DNA of 54,728 nt from Candidatus Thorarchaeota archaeon (GTDB taxonomy: Archaea; Asgardarchaeota; Thorarchaeia; Thorarchaeales; Thorarchaeaceae): contig JAFGAR010000163.1 of NCBI GenBank assembly GCA_016933575.1, positions 1 through 54,728 on the forward strand, given 5' to 3'. How positions within the stretch are numbered: the first letter of the stretch is position 1; the number at the start of each line of letters is the position of its first letter. The translations under genes and the position numbers were made by a program. Below are positions 19,402 to 26,160 of this stretch, piece after piece. Under the pieces are notes generated by a model. The model ran no database searches. It was not told the DNA's origin and worked only from the letters and a program-made list of their open reading frames with translations.

Positions 19402-19976
19402 TGACCTACAGAGTACTGGTATTCGGAGATGCTCACATTCCGACTCGACGTGACAGTATTCCCGAGGACTTTTACCAGCACATCCTAGAATCCAACTATG
19501 ACCTAGCTCTCATCACAGGCGATCTTGTACGAGAGTCAGACATGAGAGCGGCGATTCCACCACTTCCCAGAAGCTTTATTGTGACAGGTAACATGGACTA
19601 CGGAAGTTCGTACAATTTCCATGAACAGATTCAGCTGGATGATTTCAACCTCCTTCTCCTTCATGGTACACAACTTCGCCCCCGTGGAAATATTGAACAG
19701 CTTCTTGAAATACTCCATCAGATTGAGGGCGATGTTGCAGTCCATGGGCATACCCATGAATCTGCAATCATTTTGCACAGAGGGAAACTCTTTCTCAATC
19801 CCGGAACAATCTCAGGAGCAACAGGTGGTTGGGGCGGTCGTACAGATGCGAGTTTCATCGAGCTGGAAGTGGCACACAATGAACTGAAGGTAGTTCTTCA
19901 CAAGACAGACTGGAAGACCACCGAGCATTTGAGTAGTTCATTTAGAAAAGAAGACAACGTAATCCTCAAAGATTAA
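19398..19976 (+). CDS. Vps29-like / YfcE-MJ0936 family metallophosphoesterase
   Basis: GDAHIP.R, TGDL, GNMD, LHG.Q..P.G, GHTH, NPGT..GA. 4-bp overlap with the upstream gene. Confidence 0.88.
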   Translation: MMTYRVLVFGDAHIPTRRDSIPEDFYQHILESNYDLALITGDLVRESDMRAAIPPLPRSFIVTGNMDYGSSYNFHEQIQLDDFNLLLLHGTQLRPRGNIEQLLEILHQIEGDVAVHGHTHESAIILHRGKLFLNPGTISGATGGWGGRTDASFIELEVAHNELKVVLHKTDWKTTEHLSSSFRKEDNVILKD

Positions 19977-19982
19977 TGAGAA

Positions 19983-20591
19983 TCAATATGTACCCCAGGG
20001 GTCTGGGCTGGTAAGTCGCATGTAGAGTTTCTTGAGGACATTAGAACTCTCAAGTAGTGCTGCTTGTAAAGTACTCTTCTTGTCTACATTGACCTTTTTT
20101 GATTTTGAACCAACAAGTTTTCCCAGTAATCCACTTGACGAATCCGAGGATAAGGTCACCTTTACAGGGATGATGCCTAGTACATCTTCCTCTGGAAAAA
20201 TATCCCGTGTGAATTTTAGGTCTCTAAAAAATATAGCAAGTGTTTCCTTTACAGCAACCCTCTCTTTGGAATTACTTGGAAGCTCTTCAACTATAGCTAG
20301 AGCTCGTTTTCTAAGGTGATCCGATACCACACCCTGCACTTGCTCTGCTAGGGCGCGATTCATACCACAGGCGATTCCAATGTTTATCATGAGAATTCGA
20401 ATTCTATCGAGTAAAACTCCCACGTCCGCACCAATGAACGATTTTCCCCTCATCGAAACAAGCCAGTCTTCATAAGCTTCACTCACATTTCTCAAATCAT
20501 CCTCATACTCAATAAACCGATTCAATTCTTCTGGTGGTATGAGTGTGCACCATACAGCCATTGAAACATGGTCATTATTCATGGGTGCCAT
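19983..20591 (-). CDS. Hypothetical protein
   Basis: 202-aa ORF filling the gap, helical soluble composition, no recognised motif. Confidence 0.7.
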   Translation of the reverse strand: MAPMNNDHVSMAVWCTLIPPEELNRFIEYEDDLRNVSEAYEDWLVSMRGKSFIGADVGVLLDRIRILMINIGIACGMNRALAEQVQGVVSDHLRKRALAIVEELPSNSKERVAVKETLAIFFRDLKFTRDIFPEEDVLGIIPVKVTLSSDSSSGLLGKLVGSKSKKVNVDKKSTLQAALLESSNVLKKLYMRLTSPDPWGTY

Positions 20592-20701
20592 ATTCGTTTC
20601 ACGTCCCCGTTCGTTTTCAGTATTGCCTGTGTGTTCTTGCTTGAGAGAATTCTTTCTAATACTTCTTTTACATAGTTAGCTGTGATGTCTGGGTGGTATC
20701 T

Positions 20702-20977
20702 ATGTCAAAATACAAGGTAACAATCGAGGTAATTGATATTTTGGGGGACGGTAGGTGTTCCATGGATCAGAAGATCGGGACAGTATACAAGTATCCTGAG
20801 GATCTTGGTAAGATGTGCCCAAGTTCTCTCTATATTCTCTATCCTTGGATAATGGTGATGAGTTCTGGAGGAAGCTTTACAGACACTGGAGATGGACATG
20901 ATTTCATGACAGTTGGCTGCAGCGATTACACTCATCAGGTCGTATACAAAATATCCAGAACTCCTGTGGATGAGTAA
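20702..20977 (+). CDS. TIGR04076-like small Cys protein
   Basis: K..IEV.....G.C, MCP, V.CSD..H.V.YKI pattern. Confidence 0.7.
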   Translation: MSKYKVTIEVIDILGDGRCSMDQKIGTVYKYPEDLGKMCPSSLYILYPWIMVMSSGGSFTDTGDGHDFMTVGCSDYTHQVVYKISRTPVDE

Positions 20978-21005
20978 CTCTTAATTCGTTGATTCGAACG
21001 GATCC

Positions 21006-21389
21006 ATGAAGGAATTGACAATGGACTATGACAGATATTCAATCAATACGGAGATCAAGTATCAACCTCTAGAGATCATCAACATACCTTCTCTGATTGA
21101 CGAATGCGCAAAGGCGTGGCAAAACTACTCTCTCTGCAAAGTAAATGACTGTGTCATTCGCCTTGGAGTGATAAATGGTGAATTTCACTGGCATAAGCAT
21201 GATACTGAGGATGAGTTCTTCTATGTTATTGATGGTCTACTCCATATTGATCTAGAAGACAAGAGTATAGACCTGAAACCCGGACAAGGGCTCATGGTAC
21301 CGAGGAGTATTGTACACCGCACAAGAACCACAGGGCGAACATCAATACTAATGGTCGAAGGAAGCTCAGTCACACCTACTGGAGACTGA
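21006..21389 (+). CDS. Cupin domain protein
   Basis: GEFHWHKHDTEDEFFYV..G, LKPGQ...VPR...HRT. Confidence 0.9.
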   Translation: MKELTMDYDRYSINTEIKYQPLEIINIPSLIDECAKAWQNYSLCKVNDCVIRLGVINGEFHWHKHDTEDEFFYVIDGLLHIDLEDKSIDLKPGQGLMVPRSIVHRTRTTGRTSILMVEGSSVTPTGD

Positions 21390-21578
21390 GAATGATTGAT
21401 CTTACATCCGGTACTAAATTTGACAGATACATATCGTCGACTTGGAGTATGTCTCGCCGTCCTGCACGTATTTGTAGTTCTCTCTACTTTTGAACACTAC
21501 CGAGTATCTCTCTATTCCAGTACGTAAATACCAAATGTTAATGGGAACGGAACTTCATACCATACAGGGTGAGGTATC

Positions 21579-22667
21579 GTGGTAGGAACCAACTCCTTTC
21601 CAAGACTTACTCTTAATATGGGTATCTTTCTAGTGGGTCTACTTCTCTTTAGCAGTGTGTTTCTTAGATCTGGGAATTATTTAGGTCCCTACACTTATTA
21701 TAACGCAACTCCAATAACTCAGGGCGCAACTCTTACTGAAGAAACACCAGCCCTCTGGTTCAATTCTAGCTATATGACCGCAAAAATTGTAATCACAGGT
21801 CTCAGCACAAACAACACCCCCGTCACCCTAGTAGTTGGCGAGTCTGCCCAAGTTCTCTACAAGGCTACAAATATCACTGGAATGACTGGATTCTCTGTGG
21901 ATGTTCAAATAGGTGGAGCTGTTGAAAATTGGGTCGGAGTGATACGTCAGGAATCTGACGCAGAAGTTACAGTTCAGATAGTTCGTTATTTCATATACTA
22001 TTATACACCACCTCCTGCAGCACCGCCTCCTTATATCAACCTACTAGTATTTGTAGGACCCATTCTATGCGTATTCGCTGTTATCAGGATGATGCAGCTC
22101 ACATCAAAGTTCGAATACCCCCAGAATTCAGGTACAAAGATTTTCGCAGTCATTCTATTGTGTCTTATTGGCGTGAGTAGCTGCTTCTCGCTGCTAAATG
22201 GTCAAGTGAAGGGAGATTTTATCCCTGTGAGTACTACAGTAATCCTGCCAAGTGACAACTATTCTCTAACAATAAACACGACAAATCCTTCTGCGCTACT
22301 CAACATGTCCGAGTTCTATCCTGAGGATGCGATTGGGACAAGCTATAGAATCTACTCCCTTGTATCAGATCATTATCCAATCCTTGTCACAATCTCAAAT
22401 GGAACCATATCGGAACTTGTACTTGAATCAGAGAGCAAGTACAATCCTTGGTCATTTACTATCCCTCGAAGCTCGAGCAGTTCAATTTACATTAATATTG
22501 AACGTGGCAGCATTGATACAAAAATTGCTCTAGCTATTGAGAGGAGATATCAGGTTCCACTACCAAAGATGGACATCACATTTCCAGCAATCGAGTTTGC
22601 TCTTGGAATCTCAATGATAGTTATTGGTTTTGTAATTGTCTTTAAAATCGATAGACACTCTGAATAG
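21579..22667 (+). CDS. Hypothetical membrane protein, internally duplicated (TM - beta domain - TM) x2
   Basis: Four hydrophobic segments and two similar soluble domains with several N-x-S/T sequons; GAGGT RBS before GTG. Confidence 0.7.
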   Translation: MVGTNSFPRLTLNMGIFLVGLLLFSSVFLRSGNYLGPYTYYNATPITQGATLTEETPALWFNSSYMTAKIVITGLSTNNTPVTLVVGESAQVLYKATNITGMTGFSVDVQIGGAVENWVGVIRQESDAEVTVQIVRYFIYYYTPPPAAPPPYINLLVFVGPILCVFAVIRMMQLTSKFEYPQNSGTKIFAVILLCLIGVSSCFSLLNGQVKGDFIPVSTTVILPSDNYSLTINTTNPSALLNMSEFYPEDAIGTSYRIYSLVSDHYPILVTISNGTISELVLESESKYNPWSFTIPRSSSSSIYINIERGSIDTKIALAIERRYQVPLPKMDITFPAIEFALGISMIVIGFVIVFKIDRHSE

Positions 22668-22714
22668 ACCTGACTTCTGGGTTTCCTCAAAGACGATCGT
22701 GCAGGTGAAATCTG

Positions 22715-23371
22715 TTATTCCGTTGAATAGGTCCCTGACAGCGTACCTTCAATGTACTCTATTCGCTTAGTAAATCTCTTCTTGATATATTCATCAATCT
22801 CAGGCAACTCAGAGAGTCTTCGTAAGATGTCAGAAAATGAGGAATCCTTCCTGACTGCTTCAAGGTCCGCATTTCTCTTCTGCAGCATTGATTTCCTATA
22901 CGTATGAATGCCAATGATACCTAAAATTGGAGTGAGAATATACACAGGTATAATTAGAAACGCCAATGTGATGAGTGCTCCTTCAAAAATCACGAAATAA
23001 GATAGGACTGTAGTAGTTAGACCCAATGCTATGGCAGCTCCATATTGAGCGGCTTCAGCATCTGAGAGCGGCTTGTCTATTATTTGTTTTACTTCCATAT
23101 ATGACAGAAGTTCGGAAGGGCTCAACGTATCGACCTCCCAGGTCTCGAGAAGGACAATACTCTCTTCGCTCTCGTCAACCACATCAAATGGATTAGTGTC
23201 CACATCCCCCCACTGGACACGTTTCACTTCACACTCAGCATATTTTGGATCATTCTGAAGGGTCTTCTCTAATTCCTTACATTTTTCATCTCTATAGTAA
23301 ATTCCATACTCTACTTCAGATGCATCAATTTCGACTTTCACTCTTGTATCACGTACTTGTGACAAGACCAT
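22715..23371 (-). CDS. Membrane protein resembling a degenerate M48 (HtpX/Ste24-like) peptidase without HExxH
   Basis: Two TM helices. LSPSELLSY, QKRNADLEA and ILRRL...KRIEYI match M48 segments in order, but no zinc ligands are present. The ORF is solid; the family assignment is tentative. Confidence 0.5.
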   Translation of the reverse strand: MVLSQVRDTRVKVEIDASEVEYGIYYRDEKCKELEKTLQNDPKYAECEVKRVQWGDVDTNPFDVVDESEESIVLLETWEVDTLSPSELLSYMEVKQIIDKPLSDAEAAQYGAAIALGLTTTVLSYFVIFEGALITLAFLIIPVYILTPILGIIGIHTYRKSMLQKRNADLEAVRKDSSFSDILRRLSELPEIDEYIKKRFTKRIEYIEGTLSGTYSTE

Positions 23372-23463
23372 GAAGCAAGTTATACTTTCGCGATAATCCC
23401 CGAGAAGTGTCGCGTAACCACTCTCTCAAGAGTATTGATGATATAGCCCACATCTGTTGAGTG

Positions 23464-23512
23464 AAAACTAGAAGAAAGGGATGAAGTCGCTGAGAGATTG
23501 CATCCCTCAGCG
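23464..23512 (-). terminator. Hairpin plus pyrimidine/T-tract closing the peptide operon
   Basis: Minus strand CGCTGAGGGAT-gca-ATCTCTCAGCG (23488-23512) overlaps the TGA stop and is followed by CCCTTTCTTCTAGTTTT. Confidence 0.65.
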
Positions 23513-23596
23513 TCTGTAAGTGTAAGCGTAAGTGATCGCATCAGTAGAGATCTTCTTGTCAGAAGCCTTGATTCTCATATCCTTAACTAGAGCCAT
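23507..23596 (-). CDS. Micro-peptide 2, MALVKDMRIKASDKKISTDAITYAYTYRR (29 aa)
   Basis: Translated by hand (below the ORF-track cutoff). GGAGGT RBS at 23606-23611, 9 nt before ATG. Clear paralog of the upstream peptide. Confidence 0.8.
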   Translation of the reverse strand: MALVKDMRIKASDKKISTDAITYAYTYRR

Positions 23597-23603
23597 TGAT
23601 GAT

Positions 23604-23705
23604 TTACCTCCGGTACAAGTATGCGTATGCTACAGCCTCTGTGGAGAGGGGATTGCGTTTCTGCTTCAGTTCAGAGTTGGTTCGGTTGTTCGTTGTTAGA
23701 GCCAT
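23604..23705 (-). CDS. Micro-peptide 1, MALTTNNRTNSELKQKRNPLSTEAVAYAYLYRR (33 aa)
   Basis: Translated by hand. TATA box about 33-40 nt upstream. Shares MAL and ST.A..YAY.YRR-stop with peptide 2. Confidence 0.8.
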   Translation of the reverse strand: MALTTNNRTNSELKQKRNPLSTEAVAYAYLYRR

Positions 23706-23737
23706 AATAGTTCACAAGAGATACTGCTCAGAATTAG

Positions 23738-23792
23738 TATATATAGCAGAGGCACTTTTCAGGGACACAACTTGAAGTCACATCTTGTGACT
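23738..23792 (-). promoter_or_regulatory. TATA box and 7-3-7 palindromic operator for the peptide operon
   Basis: TATATATA at 23738-23745; perfect inverted repeat AGTCACA-tct-TGTGACT at 23776-23792. Confidence 0.6.
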
Positions 23793-23933
23793 AGCTAGAG
23801 AGGGCTCTGGGAGCATACCATCTAGCAAACTCATTATTAGAAGTCCAAATTGACATTAATGAAGAATAAAGCGCGGTCGGGAGTTTTACATCTCATCTTC
23901 AACAGAAATTCCATGTTCTACCTGGGAAAACCC

Positions 23934-24236
23934 TCAATGTTTTTCAACAAATATCACTAGCATTATAATTCCCATAAAGAGGACAACTCGTCCTAAGTAG
24001 TATCTCAAGTACAAATCGTATTCTGACCCACTTGTGAATGTGAAAATAAATAGAAAAAGAAACATGTCTGATATCTGCCACATTATCAAGGATACAAGAA
24101 ATTCAATAACTGATACCAATCTGTTCCAGATGTCGTCAGCATTTCTCTTGTAAGTAAATATCATGATTACAACTATGAGAACCGAAATTCCAATGAGTAA
24201 GCCATGTGGGTCTATCCCATGACCATACAATTGCAT
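23934..24236 (-). CDS. Small 3-TM membrane protein (paralog A)
   Basis: Three hydrophobic helices; aligns without gaps to the neighbouring ORF. Confidence 0.75.
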   Translation of the reverse strand: MQLYGHGIDPHGLLIGISVLIVVIMIFTYKRNADDIWNRLVSVIEFLVSLIMWQISDMFLFLFIFTFTSGSEYDLYLRYYLGRVVLFMGIIMLVIFVEKH

Positions 24237-24331
24237 GTTTTGATTCCCTTCAATCTCTTTGACAGTAGGAACTTTCTAGGTGTATTCTCCCTTTTCACCT
24301 CGCTATATATCATACCTGCATCACAGATTGT

Positions 24332-24697
24332 CTATGAGATTATAGCCTGAGTTTTTTCATGTTTTGTCTTGGTGAGTTCACGGCGCATCTCAATATATAC
24401 CAGAAGGATGCAAAATCCCAGGTACGATATGATTTTTGCAGCCTGTATAACGATAGGTTTGATATCTATTGGTAAGCTAATATGTGTGTAGACGATTAAG
24501 TCTGTTAATAGTACCAAAAATAGCCACGATACTGTAAACACAACAACTTCAATTGATGCAATAATCCAGTAACGGGGTCTGGTTGTTCGGTTCGTATAAC
24601 CAAGTACTACAACCAATAGCACTAAGATTACAATTGCAGTCCCGAGTTCGAGGGGACTTAGAGGATAATCCGGTTCAATCGTTGGAATCTCTTGCAT
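24332..24697 (-). CDS. Small 3-TM membrane protein (paralog B)
   Basis: Start reassigned to ATG 24697 (MQEIP), after GAGGTA; the longer ORF-track start runs into the tRNA. Three TM helices. Confidence 0.75.
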   Translation of the reverse strand: MQEIPTIEPDYPLSPLELGTAIVILVLLVVVLGYTNRTTRPRYWIIASIEVVVFTVSWLFLVLLTDLIVYTHISLPIDIKPIVIQAAKIISYLGFCILLVYIEMRRELTKTKHEKTQAIIS

Positions 24698-24854
24698 TGA
24701 CTTACCTCTCTCATTTTTACTACCATCCCGGCCAGCGATGTTCTGACTAAGATGTGCACCGTAGAATGGATACCAAAGAACCTTGAGAACTTTGCTGATA
24801 CTATGCTGAGTAGTACCTATTGTTGCAGAGAAATAATTAACTATAGAAAAGAAG

Positions 24855-25078
24855 CGCCATCGGGAGGGCTCGAACCTTTGGCCGCGCACCACGAAGTGTA
24901 GTGCACTCCGACCATTCGTCACGCACCACGAAACGTGATGCGTTACAACTGTCTGGCTCTCAACCAGTCGATTGAAAGATAACAGGCTTTAGCGGTATAA
25001 CGTGAAGCACGTATATGCTGTCGCTATCGATTGTGTGTTTCTGAAGAAACACACAGCTACCGACTGAGCCACGATGGC
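24855..25078 (-). tRNA. tRNA-Asn(GUU) with five BHB introns (22/23, 28/29, 37/38, 43/44, 50/51)
   Basis: Introns 25026-25056 (31 nt), 24989-25019 (31), 24951-24979 (29), 24915-24944 (30) and 24878-24907 (30). Removing them gives GCCATCG TG GCTC AGTCGGTA GAGC G ACAGC CTGTTAA GTTGT TGGTC GGAGG TTCGAGC CCTCC CGATGGC G, a 73-nt cloverleaf with G73. Anticodon GTT at 24981-24983. CCA is not encoded. Confidence 0.9.
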
Positions 25079-25105
25079 TTAATTGGGCAATCGGTGTTGA
25101 AAGCA

Positions 25106-25116
25106 ATATTAACGTT
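25106..25116 (-). promoter_or_regulatory. Putative tRNA promoter (AACGTTAATAT)
   Basis: TATA-like 11-mer 28-38 nt upstream of tRNA-Asn; the identical 11-mer lies upstream of tRNA-Ile2. Confidence 0.6.
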
Positions 25117-25142
25117 GCTGTTCAGTCCAATGTTCGAAATCG

Positions 25143-26072
25143 CTATTGCAGAATGCATTCTGGTCTGAGATAATAGAGTTCTCCTGCTCTGCGCAGAAAT
25201 ACCATACCTCCATGTTCTAATGCTGCTCTGTACGCTTCTGCAATATTAGTATTAGAGTCAATGACAAAGCCGCGTTTCATTATTGGTCGCAATCGGTCTT
25301 GTAGTGGGTCTAGGGATATCGAATCATGGTCGAGAAAGCTATCAAGAGCGAGACAGAAGAAAATATTCAACAGAGCCTGATTCAAGAAATAGATGTTATC
25401 GTCGGAACCTGCAACGACAATTGGTTCTGGTTGTTTTACACTACGATTTTCTACGAGTCGAATCGCATCACTCAATGTGTCAGAAGGATCTAGGACATCA
25501 CTGATCTTAGAAGCTAGAAGATATGCTGATGCTTTATACAAATCATCGAAATGTCTTCTCCACATTATTACGGAGTACGCAAAGAGGTTCATCGCTAGAT
25601 TACCATATTCTCCCGTACCATAGATACCAAGAGTCTTTCGGCCGATGATTTTGTACTCATTCATATGATCAATGGTGCTTGAAACATTCTTCTGTTTCGT
25701 GTTCAAGAAATCTGCAAGATCCTGTGTTGTAAACAGACCTGGTTTCCAGAGTTTGTTGATGATGAAGAGCTTTCCTGCATTATTCAGATTCTTGAAGACA
25801 TTATCTACATCAGGTTCACCCCCATAGAACTCAAGTAATTTCTGATAAATTGGTTGAGCTCGGCCAAAGCCGATGTTGAATATGATGAACTTCTTTGGTA
25901 TTTCATTTCCCGCGACAAGTGAGTTTCTGATGTTCTTTGAATAGGTGCTTATCTCTTCGAGTGTCTTTCTGAATATGGATGGTGGTGCTTTCTCCAGATA
26001 TCTTATGATCTCAAAGAATTCCGTCTTTAGCTTATTATCCAACTCAATGTCTATTATTTCGGACATCATCAA
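25143..26072 (-). CDS. Putative transcription regulator: winged HTH plus degenerate CBS-pair
   Basis: FTTQDLADFLNTKQKNVSSTIDHMNEYKII wHTH. LDPSDTLSDAIRLV...PIVV and IDSNTNIAEAYRAALEH are CBS-like repeats. Confidence 0.6.
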   Translation of the reverse strand: MMMSEIIDIELDNKLKTEFFEIIRYLEKAPPSIFRKTLEEISTYSKNIRNSLVAGNEIPKKFIIFNIGFGRAQPIYQKLLEFYGGEPDVDNVFKNLNNAGKLFIINKLWKPGLFTTQDLADFLNTKQKNVSSTIDHMNEYKIIGRKTLGIYGTGEYGNLAMNLFAYSVIMWRRHFDDLYKASAYLLASKISDVLDPSDTLSDAIRLVENRSVKQPEPIVVAGSDDNIYFLNQALLNIFFCLALDSFLDHDSISLDPLQDRLRPIMKRGFVIDSNTNIAEAYRAALEHGGMVFLRRAGELYYLRPECILQ

Positions 26073-26090
26073 TCAAACATCCTTTTAATT

Positions 26091-26144
26091 ATCGTGATTT
26101 TTCATTTTCACGATTAAATAGTGTGGAAGTCTTATAAGATTTCC
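26091..26144. promoter_or_regulatory. Divergent promoter with two palindromes
   Basis: ATCGTGA-N10-TCACGAT (26091-26114) and GGAAGTCTTATAAGATTTCC (26125-26144), which has a perfect TCTTATAAGA TATA-like core. Confidence 0.6.
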
Positions 26145-26160
26145 TTATTGTTTCAAAACA

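Noticed and set aside
23468-23512. UGA plus hairpin as selenocysteine read-through of peptide 2
   Set aside because: The paralogous peptide ends in UAA at the same position, the UGA is buried in the stem, and I see no SECIS-like motif.
24698-24922. N-terminal 75-aa extension of ORF 24332..24922
   Set aside because: It overlaps the tRNA-Asn 3' half. ATG 24697 has an RBS and matches the start of the paralog.
24885-24932. CGCACCACGAA direct repeat as a mini-CRISPR or att site
   Set aside because: Both copies lie inside tRNA introns 4 and 5 and are explained by intron duplication.
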